64,000 bases of DNA, taken from assembly GCA_050273025.1 (NCBI GenBank), contig CP158636.1:248001-312000 (forward strand). The letters run 5' to 3'. The notes beneath the pieces were generated by a model that saw only the letters and a program-made list of their open reading frames with translations, was not told the origin of the DNA and did not search any database. Origin of the DNA: Cenococcum geophilum (Eukaryota). The first letter of the stretch is position 1. Each line of letters opens with the position of its first letter. Of this stretch, positions 50,501-64,000 are shown one piece after another. Both the position numbers and the translations under genes were made by a program.

Positions 50501-53457
50501 GGACCTACTAGATTAACATATACGTTGGACCCCCTAAGTATATTACCCATAACGCTAGTAGAAACTTTATTAGTAAGGAATTCCAATAGTACGCTATGGC
50601 CATGGCTATTTTAATAAAAGCCGTTCTAGTTAAGGCGCATTAGTCTATTGGGCTTATTAAGCGAGCTTACCTAACTCTATAGAGAGCTTACTAAATTATT
50701 ACGGACGAGTATAAGGATATTTAAAAGGAACTGGCTTTACAAATAGCCGTAAAAGCTGTTAATAACACCGCTGGCCCTAACGGGCTAATACCTACCCTCT
50801 TAGTTTACGGAGCTTACCTAAGGATAAGTAACCTAGGCCCTCCTGCCCCGTCTATTACGGAACAAGCAGCTATAATACGGAAGGCAATAGCCGAAATAGT
50901 CAAATTACGGGCTAAACAAACTATTAATAACGCTTTATACTACCGCAACGGACCTAATATAACCTTAGTATATAACCTCCCGCTTAATTCTAAAGTCCTT
51001 ATATAGCGTAAAAGCGGTAATTAGACTGGACCTTACCGTCTACTAGCCGTAGAAGACGAGACCTACTATATATAGCTCCCTAGCGGACCAATAAGCTTTA
51101 GAAGCACGTCCGTAAAACCCTATTTTCGGTCCGAAAACACCTATAACGTTAAGCCAGACGAACTAGAAGCACCCGCCAAATTAGGTAAACTAGAAACACC
51201 CGCCGAATTAAATAAACTAGAAGCACCCTTGCCTACCCCAAAGGTCCCCTAAAAACCTACTAAACCTACTAAGCCTGCTATAAAGCGTGGCCGAGGACGC
51301 CCCCGTAAGAACCCTATAACGGAGAATTACCTAACCTCTATAGGTATATCCGTAAGGCAATCTCCGCCTACGGATATATTAGTTCTAGTATAGGAAACCC
51401 CTTTTATAGACTTATAACGTAAAGAGATTAACGGACTACTTAAAAAGGGCGTCTTTATAGTTATAACGGAGAAAGACGTTCTATAAGGCGTCCGTATATT
51501 TAACTTACGCTTTATTAATAAAATTAAGCACCCTAGTACTAATAAAGCCTTTAAAAAATTAAGGCTCGTTATATAAGCTTACAATGACTAGGGAAAGAGT
51601 TTAGTCCTTACGCAATCGCCTATAATTTAATAAGTTAGTTAACGGATTATACTTATACTTACGCCTAAATTATAGTAAATTAAACCTATAGCCCTTTACT
51701 TACGGGACATCTTATAAGCCTATATGTAGTCTAATACCTACCTAAGTAGGGATATCTTTATATAACTACCCTGCGAGCTTAACCTATAACCAGGAACAAT
51801 TTTATGGGTTATAAAACCTCTTTACGGAGTACTAGAAGCCGGAAACTATTGGTTTAAGATATACTACTAGCATTATGTTAGTAAACTCAAAATAGAATAG
51901 TTAACCTACGACCCCTACCTCTTATATACCCTATTAAACGGCCTTAGTATTATTAGACTTTAAACTAATAATACTCTCTTTTTAGTAGACTAAACCTTTG
52001 CGGACGCTAAAGAAACTAAACTATAAAAGGTAAAGTTCTTAGTAAAGCCGTAAGAGCAATTAACTAAGTAGACTCTAATTAAGTTTAATAGAGGCTTAAT
52101 TATATAAAAGGGCAACCTAATTAAGCTAACTTAGGAACGCTAAGCTTAAAACCTAAAGCCCGTTATAGTAAAACCTACGGACCTTACTAGTTCCCGCAGA
52201 GAGACTCGTAAGACCGTAAATATAAAGGACTAATACGCTGCATAGCGTATAAGAGGCGCCTATATTGCTATAGTCTGTTAACCTAAATCTGCCTATAATC
52301 TATCCTTTGCGGCCTAGGTAGTAGACCCATAAGAAGAAAATGTTAAGTAGCTTAATAAGTGCATTTAGTGGCAAATTAACAATGCAGTAAGGAGACTTAC
52401 TTTTATACCACTAGACCTGAATTCCCTTAGCCTACTAGTATTTATAGACGTATCTTTTACTAATAATAAAGACCTATTATTACAAATCGGCTTTGTAATT
52501 GTACTTATAGACCGTAATTAGGACGCAAATATACTATACTAGTCTTTAATTAAGTGTAAACGAGTAACCCGTAGTATACTAGCTTTTAAACTATATATAC
52601 TAGCTTATAAATTTAATATAGCAGCCGTAATTAAATTAACGGTCTAGAAGATTCTATAACTGGAGCAGTTACCCCTAGTTTTATATATTAATTTAAAGTC
52701 CCTTTATAACTGCCTAGTTAAACTAGGTATAATATAAAAGAAGAGGCTTATAGTCAACCTAATATGCTTACGTTAGGCCTATAAACGACGTGAGATTACG
52801 GAGGTTAAATGGATTAGCAGCGGAGACAACCTAGTAGATGCTATAATTAAGGCAAAGCCGTATTAAGCTCTTAAAACCCTAATTAACACAAACAAACTTA
52901 ACCTAAAGGTTATAGAATGGGTAGAGCAAGACTAATGGAGCATTTATAGTCTAGTTACGGCCCGTCGGAAGGCCGTATAGTGCATTTACGGCCCGTTAAA
53001 AGGCCGTATAGTTCATTTTACGGACCGTAAGCAGGACTTACGGCTAGCTTAAAGTACCATTTGGAAGGCAACCCAGAAGGCACCTTAAGAGGGATTTCCT
53101 ATATATTTTATTATGTGTTTTATAGTTCTATTAAGACAATTACGGAGGCTATATATAAGTAGTTTCATTTTCTAAGTACCGCTAGTGTATAATTACAGCA
53201 CCTATCGTACTAATCGCGTACTTACACGTTCGGTACGCCGAGTACGCATTTACGCGTTTAGTATACTAACCACCCACTTACGTGTCTGGTGCACTTCTAA
53301 AGCACTAACTAATTAGGGGGGAGGCGTATTAGTATATAAACTACGTAGTCTGCTTTATATAATCAACAGTCACCACTATCTAACCGAGCATATAATACTA
53401 TACATATTTCGTGCCCTTGGATACGACTCGCCCTATACCATTAAGTTAGTATAAACA
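47572..53457 (+). mobile_element. Copia-2: Ty1/Copia LTR retrotransposon, RIP-inactivated
   Basis: LTRs at 47572-47790 (truncated) and 53186-53457; TSD ATTGT (47567-47571, 53458-53462). gag KCFICGKKGC, protease (D)TGA.K.ST.G, integrase, RT QTDD ~51960, RNase H DASF.NN ~52450. Confidence 0.93.
48261..48433. mobile_element. Solo LTR (173 bp) of a family not otherwise present in the window
   Basis: TGTCA...TGATA (TGACA) ends; 5-bp TSD TCAAT (48256-48260, 48434-48438); interrupts Copia-2 gag. Confidence 0.85.
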
Positions 53458-54099
53458 ATTGTTATTATTATAATAAGTAAAGAAAATAAGTAGTACAGCT
53501 AAAGAAAGGATAAAGATATTAATAAATCTTTATATAGACCTTATAGAATTAGTAAAAAAGGTATTATAATGCTAAGAGATCTAAGGGCCTAGATTTTAAG
53601 GAGGGAGATAAAGTATGGCTACTATATAAAAATTTTAAGAGTTAATAACTAAGTAAGAAGTTAAACTATGTTAAACTAGGACCTTTTAAAATTATATAAA
53701 GGATTTTACCGGTTATATTTAAATTAAACCTACTAGCTAAAATAAAGATTTACCCTATATAGTATATTGTAATACTAGAGCTAGTATATAGGAATATTAA
53801 GCTATTAGTTTATAAAGCAGACACGTATAAAGGATAAGAGGAAGATAAATAGTAAGTCTTAAAGATTATTAGTTATAAGGACATTAATAACAAGATATAG
53901 TATAAGGTTAAGTGGATAGGCTATAATAAGACTACCTAGGAACTACTAGAAAATCTAAAAAACGCTATAAGAAAGGTATAGGAGTATTAAAAGAGATTAG
54001 GTTAGGCAGTATTAATAAAAAAAATCGCTAAAAAATAAATTACCTAAGGGGGACCTAAGAAGAGCAGTTGCCGAACTACTTAGATCTATTTCCTTCTTA

Positions 54100-54620
54100 G
54101 CTAAAAGAGAATCCGTTTTTTTATTGCTAAGTTCCTATAAACCTTATTCTATAAGTTTTTACTCCTTAAAACAGACCTTCTTACAAACCTTCTTAAGATA
54201 AAGTAGGTGAGTAAATGCCGCGATATAAGTATCTAAAGCCTTCTATTCTGTATTATAAGAACATTCTAACTTAATAAGAGCTTAAGATAACTTGCTATTA
54301 AGATAAGTAGTAGCGGATTAGATATAAGACCCTAAAATAAATTAATTAGGGAACTAGACGACTATTAAGAGTAATAAAACGTGTATACTTAGCATTAGAG
54401 GCAGAGTAAACGTTATAAGACGAACGAATATTCGCTTTAATGCACTTTAAATAAGAGGATGGTTGTTATAAAGATAGACTTACCAATATAACATAGACCA
54501 ACCCCTTTTTTATATAATAAGAATATAAAGATAGTATAATCTTACTAAGCGATAGTATTATAGTAATGGTGTAAGTATAACGTTAGGCGTGTAAAGAAGA
54601 AGAAGCTTTAGATATAATAA
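54100..54620 (-). pseudogene. Antisense accessory ORF of Gypsy-3, homologue of 26500-27000
   Basis: Reads KIILSLYSYYIKKGLVYVIL...QPSSYLKCIKANIRSSYNVYSASNAKY, aligning with the Gypsy-2 ORF. Confidence 0.6.
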
Positions 54621-56204
54621 GCAATAATATTAACCAAGTTAATTAGATAGATATTATACCTCTAATAAACAACTTAGAGATATTAAGCGTCTTTAAGGAC
54701 AAAGATAAAAAGGAGGGAGATAGTATTACGGACGCTTTAAGTACGATATTATAACTATTAGGAGAAGAATTAGAAGCAGCTAGTTAGTTAATTAAAGTAT
54801 AGTCTAAAATAGAGCTAATAGAACTATATAACAAGAAATGGTAACTAAAGTTATATAATATACTACGTATTAAATAAGAGAAATAAGAGGAACTTACGTA
54901 CTTTATATATAAGACGTACTTTATATATAAGGAGGATTTCTTAGGAGTACGGTTATATATTTAAAGGACTATAGTCCCTACCCAAATAGTTCTTTTTTCC
55001 TTATAGTAAATCTTAGAATATAATTAAAGTTAATTTATTAGGCAACTACTCTACCAGTTATTATTACGTTGTTAACTTCCTGTTTACCTATATACCTAGC
55101 CCATTAATAAGTCCACCGTAGTATTTCCTATAAGGCTTCGTTATATACTTCGCCCTCTTTACCCACTTTATTACTACTATCTCCTACTCCTTTTACTTCT
55201 AATAGAAGTAAGAAAAGGCAGCTATAAGAAAGAAAGTTAGTCCTAATTATAGACTAAAAGGACTAACCTTTAAATACCTTCTCTATACAAAATAAAGTTA
55301 ATTAACTATTTGCATTAAAACTATAAGTAAAAAAGCCTGTTTTAGTATCTATAGCTAGAACTAAAGGAAAATAAAATATTTTCCTTATAACTATAGAAGA
55401 GTATAATGTAGATTTCTTAGTTAAATATAAGGAAATCTAGTATAACTGCTTTACCTTTTAAAGAGAACAAAAACTAGAACTATGGGTTTAAATTATAGCC
55501 TATAGGGTTCCTACCCTACCTTTCCTAAAAGAAGGAGGCTCTAAGCTTCTAAAAGAAGAAATTAAAACTTTTAATCCTATAAGGACATAAGGACTACCTA
55601 AATAGATCTTATTTAGTATAAAAAGATATAATTTATAAACTAGATTTAGCTTTATAGTTTTTACTATAGAGAATAAAGAAAAAAGATGAAGAATCTTTAA
55701 GTAAAAAGAAATATTAATTGCTAGTATAGCTACTAAGGTAGTAAAATACCTTAAAGTCTCTCTTACTACGCAGTGCACTAGCTGCTAAAAATTTGGCTAT
55801 ATAGGAGATAGATACTCTATTAGGGCCTCTATAAATATTATACGGCTACATATCTATCTAAAGACTATATTTATTCTACCTGTATAATAATAGGCAAGCC
55901 ATATAAGCATATTGCCCCTTTTTACATTAATTGTAAAGAAAAATACTTTACTAATAATAAAGACTATAAAACTCTTAAAGCAGCTAAACTAGTATATAGT
56001 ACTAGCGAAAAAGATTTTATAAAAGAATAAAATTAAAAGGACTCTAGAAGGAGGTAACTCCTACTAGGCTTTTAAAAAGATATTAGAGAGTAAAAGACTA
56101 GAAATAAATTGTAAAAGGATAGGGATAGATATTAGGATTTCTTATAGTTTTTCCTACCGTTTTCTTATTCTCTAGTAGTTATAGTAACTTAGTAGTTTAC
56201 TAAG

Positions 56205-59200
56205 TGTCGGGAATATATCACGTATAGTCATGTATAGCCATAGCACTAGCGTAGCGAGGAGCCTTAAGCTCCTCGCTCTTCCTCATTTTAATTAATAAGC
56301 TTTATTAACTAACATCACTGTAACCCTACTCGAGTAGTTGTTATTGGTAAGTTACCCTATATAACTAACACTAATTAGTAATTAAATACACAGTCAACTA
56401 TAGAGCAGCTAGGTTTTTAAATAGAAGAGATAGTCTTATATAGGGGTGCTATATGCGCTTATATAGAATGGATCCCGGTAATACTATGCTACTTTAAACT
56501 TACGGAAAACTAGTAATAGAAGTGTCACTAAGTACTAGGAGATACTAAGTTGCGTCTATTACGCAGAATAACCGCGTTTATAAAGATTTGGTTAAGTACT
56601 TTAGGTTAGAAGTATTACTAAACCTAGGGTCCTAAGTTAACGTCTAAAACGCGTTAAATAATATCTTAAATTGCCTACCTCTTGATAGTAAACCTATAAG
56701 ATCCTATAAAACCGAAAATCCTACCTACCTTTAACGTACGACACCCCGTTAATTTTATACCTACTATAGCATTAACCTACCTAAAGAAGTATAAGGAAGA
56801 TATTAACCTAAAGATATAGAATAAAGCTATAATTAACCTTATAAACGCTAATAAATAAGACTTAAATGGATTTTTATTATACCGTATAGTATATTATAAG
56901 GACAGTAAATATAATAATACTGCGCTATAGGAATATATAAAGGAGGACTTTATTAGATGGATAAAGAAAATATAGGCCCCTATAAACAAGGATATTATAT
57001 AGGACTTCCATAACTTCCTTTAGGAGAATAGAGTATTTATCCCTAAGGACGGGGGTACTATTAGAGACAATATTTAAGAGTAGGTTATTAACGTAAAAGA
57101 AGAGCATAAATGGACTTTATAAGAGATTAAGCACTAACTACGCACTATAAGGAAGCTTAACTTACGATAGAACCTAAGTAATACACCTTTAAAGACGAAC
57201 CTACCTCCGCCTTTAACTTCTCTATATCCAATTCAACCTATAACCTTAATATCAGATATTATATCTTAATAAGAGCAGGCACAGGATCCCATTACTTCAC
57301 GATTTAATAACCTTTAAACTCTACCGACTAGACCTACATCCCCACTATAGCCTATAATGTAACCCCTACCTCCTTTATCTTAATCTTAAATCGGAGGTAA
57401 TTTAAAATTACTTATAGAGCTTATAAAGCTCTATTTGGATTAGGAGAAGAAGTTTAGCAGGGAATTATATAATATTCTTAATTCGAAACTACGTATCTTT
57501 TATAACTATTACTAGAAGGTAGAAATAGAGTCTAATTAATACTATAACGCCTATTCCGTTATACTTAAGGGCCGAGCTAGTACCTTCTATTATAATTATT
57601 TAGTAGAAAAAGAATATAATTTTAACCGCATAATATATAAGTTAAGATACTACTTTAAAATAGAAGAGAATAAGTAGCAGTATATATTAAAATGGAGAGA
57701 GACTACCTTTTTAAGGATTATTGCTATAAACCTAGGTATCCCTTGGCTTAATTAGCTTTAAAAGCTCTTTAATTAACTTTAGATAATTTAGAGTAGATTA
57801 TCCAAATTATATTAAGAGGACTTTAGCCTATATAATTAAGTTATTAGCGTATGCTAAGGTGTTAAAGAATATAACCTTACTCTCTTTAATTCTATAAATA
57901 CTTATAAAGGAGTATATACTTAATTAAGATCTTTTATTAGTACCGCTCTACGCTCTTAAAAAGTATAGTAATTTAACGCCTAACTCTAACTTACTTTAAT
58001 TAACCCGCCTAACTAATATAATTATAACTAGACTAATTTAATATATAGTGGCCGGGGTAGATAATACGGCAAAGGGTATAATTAATAACTATAAGGTAAA
58101 GATGGAGGCCCTTATAAAGGTTTATTTTAAAGTAATTACTAAAAGAAGTACTATATTTATAAGAAACTAAATTGCTAGTTAACTAGGCATTCTCTTAATA
58201 AGCGAAAGGAGGTATATAATAAGTTTCGCCAAAGTATAAGAAATATTAGAAATTATAAGGTTACTACGGCCTACTTTTAAAGCTTCCTAGTTTAATATAA
58301 AGGCGTAGAAGATCTTAAAGGTAAGGTTAATAAGGCTAAATAGCTCCTTATAGATATAGAAATTAAGGAGTACTTACCTAACTAATACTTCACTAAGTAT
58401 AGTAAGGTAAATGGTATATAAACCGTTACTATTCTTAATAACTAATCTACGCTCTATTTTACTACGAAGTTAGATATCTTTAATAAGCTAAGGGAGAGTT
58501 TCGCGTTCTTCTTTAATAATAGATACTCGTCGAACGTCTTCCATAGTATTATACTAGATACTAGAGCCGTAGAAGTATCTATAGTAGGAGAACCTTAAGT
58601 TCGAGCCCTTTAGCAGCTTAATAACTCTGTTTAGATTAACTATTTAACAGCAGGCTAATATACAATTTGTTTTAGCAAGAGTACTATAATCTCTCTTAGT
58701 ATAATTAGGGTCTAAACCCCCTTAGGGTATATTACCTTTTACGTTATTCCTATAAATACCCCGTTTCTATTTTATATTAAAGATATAGATAAATTAGACG
58801 TTAAGCTTAATAACCTTAAGGATATACTTATTTAGGGAGATAATTAGGTGCCCATTGTACGTAAGTAGGGTTACCCTTAGTTGCTCCTTTATTAACTAGA
58901 AAAGAGTATTACTTAAAGCTACCTAACTAAGTTAAAGTTACGTTAACTATACTGTCATTTTAGCCACCTATCCGTTTATTAATTGCCTAGGGTTCTTTAG
59001 TAAGTAGGCTATAAAGTTAAGATTAAGGTAATTAAGCATTTTATAAAGTACTGCTATTACTACTAAATAAACTAAAAGTCCCTTGGCCGATTTAAGTTTA
59101 CCCTTAAAAATAACTATAACTTTAACTTTTATATTATTGTTAACGTTATATATCTTAGCGGCAAGCTAGTACTCTAAGTTATTAACTTCTTAACCTCCTT

Positions 59201-62200
59201 CTAAGCCGCACGATTTTTAAAGGATATATTAGCTAAGAATGTATAAAATACCCTTTAATTATGCTAGATTAATATCTACTTAGGACCCCCTAATTAAATC
59301 GTCTATAATATAGAAAAGAACTTCTTATCTATAGAGTTTTAATAATAGATAAAGGCAATAGTAATTAAGGTTAAGGAAGTCCCTATTAAGGCATATAATA
59401 GCGTTAGAAAAGTAGAGTAATATTACGCGCCATTACGCCGCGTATATAAGATTATCTCTTTAGAACTAGAAAACGCTAGCGAAGAACTTACCTTATAAAT
59501 AGCTGTTAAAGCTATTAATAATTCCGCTGGCCTAAATAGACTTATACCTATATTACTAGTCTTTAGCGCCTACCCTTAAATAACTAATAATTTTCCACTA
59601 TCTCTCTCCGTCGTATAATAAGCTAAGGCTATTTATAAGGCAATAAAGAAGGTATAACGTCTCTACGCTATACGCTAGGTTAACGACGTACTAGAAATAA
59701 GAAATAGCCTAAATACCTTAACTATGCTTAATCTGCCACTCTAGTCTAAGGTACGCGTATAGTATAAAAAGGGAGGGTAGTTAGGCCTATATTAACTTAT
59801 TATAATTAATAGTTAAACTTATACTATTTAAATACCTTACAGACCTACTTAATTCCATTTAACTGTTATTAAGCCTTACTATAAAGATAATAGTTCTGAG
59901 CCTTTATAGAATGCCTTAGAAGAGGCCCTAAAGGAGAACTACGATTAATATGCTCTAGAAGGCGACTATAATTCTAATATAATTATAGTAGATGCGCCGC
60001 AACTATAACGCGGTAGAGGTCGCCTAAAGGGATTACGAAATTGCTAATATCTTATTAATTTTAAAGAGTAATTTGTTACCGCTATTAATGGCCTTTATAA
60101 TAGCTAAGGAGAAGGCTAACTTTAAACTTGCAAAATAGCTCTAAAAGGAAGATTATATTATAACTTTAGGAGCTCCTTTCTAAGCATCTAATAAGTAGGA
60201 GATTAATAGTCTTATTATAAGAGGAGTCTTTAAATTTAAAAAGTATAACCCTACTAAGTTTAATAAAGTTCGTATCTTTAAGTTAAGGATAGTTAATAAG
60301 ATTAAGGGCAAAGCTACCAACGCCCTATTTAAGAAATTAAGGCTTATTATTTAAGGTTATAATAATAATAGTAAAGAGATAATTCTTATATAATCTCCTA
60401 TAATTTAATAAGCTAGTTAGCGAGTTATTATTATATTAGCTCCCTCCTTAATAAAGAATAGAATAGCGGTTTATTTATAAGATATTACTTAAGCCTACAC
60501 CTAATTAGAGACGCACCTTTAGCGCTTAATATTGGTATACCTTCTAGAGTAAATTCGCCACTAGTATTCTAAAGATACAATTATAGTTATGCTTAAGCTA
60601 TTATATAAAATTATAAAGGCAGGAACTTATTAGTGGGCTACCTGTAGTAAGCACTATAAAGAGAAGCTTTTAATAACTACTTCTATATTTAATCCCTGCT
60701 TCTTTATTATAACTATAGGAACCCTATTTAGAATTGTTAGTATATAAACTAATAATATAATTATCTTAGGAGACGACTAATTTTTAGCTCTTAAAGAGGA
60801 TAAGCTAGTAAAGGTAAATCTTATAGTAAAGCCGAAGGAAAAGCTTAATTTAATAACACTATTACTTTTTAATAGATATATCCTCTCCCTAAATGAGGAT
60901 TCTATTGCTTTACGCTAGAAGGGTTAAGGTAAGAAGATTAACGTTATTAATATTAATTCCCTAAAGTAAGGATATATAAAGTAACGCGCTTATAGAGCTT
61001 ATATTACTTTTATCTATTAACCTAAGGCTTTATTTAATCTCTCTATTACCGCCTAATACTAGAAACTAACTAAGGATAACATTCTTGTCTTAAATAAACG
61101 TCTTTTCTAGTAAATAAACTATCTTAATTAGGGACTACTCTATATGCCTATTAATCTTCCTACCGCTAAGCTCTTTATATTTATTAATAGATTATTTATA
61201 AATAATAAAGATTTTAGCTCCTAGTTAGGATATAAGATTATTATTATAAACGAACCTATAGGAGAGAATAACTTTATAATCTATAGCAATCTTATTTATT
61301 AGAGCTTAACTAAGAGTAAGCGCGTTACCTAAAGTGTTTTAGTATTAGAGATATATAGAATAGTTAGCGGAGTTAATATAGCAATTATAATTAGAACTAC
61401 CTTAAAGATAATTATAGATTAACTTAAACTTCCCATTATCCCTATAATTATATATACCGACTTATATTCCCTCTATAAGTATTTAGTTAAGCTTAGTACT
61501 ATAAAGAAGAAGCGCCTTATAATTAATATTATGGTACTTTAGTAATCCTATAAGCGTTAAGAACTCTTTAAAATTTAATAGATTAATAGCTAAAATAACC
61601 CGGTAGATATAATAACAAAGGCGAACCTAAATAAGGCACTAGAGACGTTTATTAATATAAATACTCTATATATATAAGTTAAAGGTTAGGTTAAAAGGGA
61701 GTCCCTAGAAATTTCTTAGTTATATAAGGTCTTAAGATATCTAGGAACTTCGACCGGCGGTTAAAGTTATTTAATTAGTTAGATTCTCTTACTAAGACTT
61801 TTTAGGAGGGGGGATTCTGCAGACCCTAACTTAACCTAGCTAATTAGGATTTTCCATCCCTAGGATGGAAAATCGCTATTAGCTCGCTTACTACTAGCGC
61901 CTTAGCGGCCCTTTAAACAAGATACCTACCTATAACTTCTAAGTAAGAGAGCTACATGCTAAGAGGCAAATTTTAGGACAGCGAGACTTATATTATAATA
62001 GCAATAGTAAGTAAGGAGGATTAATATTTATTACGCTAGTTAAGCGGTATTTTATATATAACTATAAAAGAAGAGTTGCTAGTGTCGGGAATATATTACA
62101 TATAGTCACGTGTAGCCGCGGCACTAGCGTAGCGAGGAGCCTTAAGCTCCTCGCTTTTCCTCATTTCAATTAATAAGCTTTATTAACCAACATCACTATA

Positions 62201-62248
62201 ACCCTACTCGAGTAGTCGTTATTAGTAAGTCACCCTGTATAACCAACA
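56205..62248 (+). mobile_element. Copia-3: Ty1/Copia LTR retrotransposon, full length, RIP-inactivated
   Basis: 166-bp LTRs at 56205-56370 and 62083-62248; TSD CTAAG (56200-56204, 62249-62253); pol collinear with Copia-1. Confidence 0.95.
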
Positions 62249-62689
62249 CTAAGAAACTATAAACTCCTAGTTTAGAGGTTTATAAACTACTAGGATATAG
62301 CTATTAGTATATATTAAGTTGCCTAGAAAGGATTTATATATATAAAACTATAGCGCTATAGCCTAAAGGCTGTATACGTAGTATTATATATAGTATAATA
62401 TAATAGATATAAAAATTATAATTAAAATATAGTAATTAATATTACGGGACTGCTGTTTTATACGCTACGCTATATATATAGCTGGCGATATAGGATTCCT
62501 TTTATTTACTTATTTACTTAGTAGATAGTTTATCCGCCCCAATTGCCCCTATATAGATTTGGCGTAGCTATATTCCTTTTAAGCTCTTTAGCAATCCTCT
62601 TAAGTCTCTATAATAGCTATATATAGTTATTAGTTCTTTAAATCTAATACCTATTTATCTAGCGTTTATATATAATACTTCGTTATTAT

Positions 62690-62978
62690 AATAATTAAAA
62701 AGTAAGGCCTTGTAGCCGCTACGGGAGGTAAGACTCTTAGTAGTATTAAATAGCGTCCGCTATAATATGGACTAGATTTAATATATTAAATTTATTAATT
62801 AAGGCTAATTTATAATTACTAATAGCTATAATATTAAAGGGCTTAAAAAGACAATTACTTAGTACTAGAAAACGGGCTTTAAGATACTTAATTTAGTTAA
62901 GTCTTACTTTAAACTGCGGCTAAGTACTTATTAGGTTTATATCCAGTCTATATAGCTACTATTTTTTAACCTATTCTT
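62690..62978 (+). mobile_element. Crypton recombinase fragment, possibly the continuation of copy 1
   Basis: Collinear with ~34810-35120 apart from a short internal deletion. Confidence 0.8.
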
Positions 62979-64000
62979 TATAACGGCGCTATCGCATATT
63001 ACCTGCTAAATTCTGCCATATTCTACTAACCTATAATTGGCCCGCCTAAAGCTAGCGCCTTAGCGGCTTACCCTATATATTTGTTTACATTAGTCCTAGT
63101 AACCCCTTTTTCTTCTCTTTAGCTTAGTATCTTAGTAATACAGCATTCTATAAGCTTTAGTTTAGAGGCATTTATATAAGCCGTAATATTATACTAAGCT
63201 CACCCTACCTTACCTGGGAAGGCCTTAATAATATCCCACCCTAAAGAAACTTCGTCTGCAACGACGTATTAACATACTATACTTAGACACTAAAACAACT
63301 CTATATTACCTGGGAAGGCCTAAATAATATCCTACCTTATAAACTAAATAGGACTAGACCTATACCCCTAGAATTAAAACCAAAGTATATAATATTAACA
63401 AATCTTAGGAAGCTAATAATAGCACCTAAAGCAAGCTTATTTAAGAGAGCTGCCTTTACCTAAAAGGAACCTAAGATCTAATTAGGATCAGAAATTAAAG
63501 ATAATGATAACATTGTAAACGTACGCGAGCAGATTTATACCCTTGCAGCCAGCTAGGAAGCCAATTATCTTAAAGTAAAAAATATACAAGAGACCCTATA
63601 AGAGATCTTAGAAAGCCTTACGGCCCTATAAAATAGCCTAGCTTTCTGTTTTTAAAGCCCTAGCTAATCTATTTACTTTACTGAATATAATATACTAGGG
63701 AGTACGGATATAATAATAAAGTAATTAAAGTCCGTTAAGCTCCCTAACCCCCTACTACTATCTAATAGGATAGACCCTACTTTTAAGAATTAGAGGATTT
63801 AAATACGAGGAAAGCTCCGCGTTAACTATAACCATTTCCTTTCTAAAAAAGCTAAAATACTCTACCTTTTTAGTCGAACCACTAGGGACGCCTAACGGCA
63901 CCTTTAAGCTAAGTTTGAGGACAACTCCCCTATCTAATTTATATTTATTAATAAGATAATACAGTACCTAGCGGCTATTTATATTAACCTAAACAAAGTA
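62979..64000 (+). mobile_element. Gypsy-4: 5' LTR and gag of another Ty3/Gypsy element; continues off the right edge
   Basis: Candidate LTR 62979-63188 (tataacggc...gccgtaata, i.e. TG..CA with inverted ends). gag motif KLPDPP.L.DG.DPTF..W..QM.GKL.VN.DHF......YLF.RT.GDA..HL at ~63735-63905. Confidence 0.8.

Larger units (their letters stand above)
40772..55145 (+). mobile_element. Gypsy-3: Ty3/Gypsy chromovirus, same family as Gypsy-2 in opposite orientation, with nested inserts
   Basis: 422-bp LTRs at 40772-41193 and 54724-55145; TSD TACTT (40767-40771, 55146-55150). gag knuckle ~42890-42935, protease ~44860, RT YLDD ~45830, integrase ~46900-47570, chromodomain ~53845-53990, PPT ~54705-54723. 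Confidence 0.95.
40120..56030 (+). pseudogene. LINE-type ORF1 split by Gypsy-3 (coding parts ~40120-40771 and 55151-56030)
   Basis: TQCTSCQKFGH...C, C..C...H....H.C..C......C.H....CINCK..H.A....C at ~55765-55970, typical of fungal LINE ORF1 C-termini. Candidate ATG at 40120. Confidence 0.75.
9130..62446 (+). mobile_element. Putative ORF1-only LINE-derived element (~3.8 kb net: 9130-9389, 38461-40771, 55151-56204, 62254-62440) hosting the whole nest
   Basis: The pieces are joined by the TSDs of the hAT, Gypsy-3 and Copia-3 inserts. It carries a LINE ORF1. Possible short TSD ATTACG at 9124-9129 and 62441-62446. Outer boundaries are inferred. Confidence 0.5.

Noticed and set aside
16098..57107. 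Remaining short ORFs in the track as genes
   Set aside because: They are fragments (16098-16289 is Gypsy RT) or off-frame and antisense readings of RIPed TE genes.

Overview
Fungal (filamentous ascomycete-type) AT-rich heterochromatin, almost entirely made of nested transposable elements inactivated by repeat-induced point mutation (RIP): TpA is pervasive, CpA/TpG is depleted, and Gln/Trp codons are turned into TAA/TAG. I see no intact protein-coding gene, and the ORF track is essentially spurious. Elements from left to right: a Tad1-type LINE (minus strand); a RIP-damaged unknown gene with about a dozen short, similar introns; a 1.15-kb non-autonomous element with 20-bp TIRs and a 9-bp TSD; a DUF3431 pseudogene; then a ~54-kb nest. 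The nest is Crypton > ORF1-only LINE-like element > [hAT > (Gypsy, Copia, Crypton > Gypsy)], [Gypsy > (SINE-like insert, Copia > solo LTR)] and [Copia]. It is followed by a Crypton fragment and the start of a fourth Gypsy. Most junctions are supported by TSDs read from the sequence. Most notable: palindromic modules shared between Gypsy and Copia 3' regions, an antisense Zn-cluster-like ORF in two chromoviral Gypsys, TSD-less Crypton integration next to a shared AGGTATC motif, the intron-dense unknown gene, and AT-hooks in the integrase tails. All protein calls come from manual translation with RIP mentally reverted; no database searches were run, and internal coordinates are approximate.
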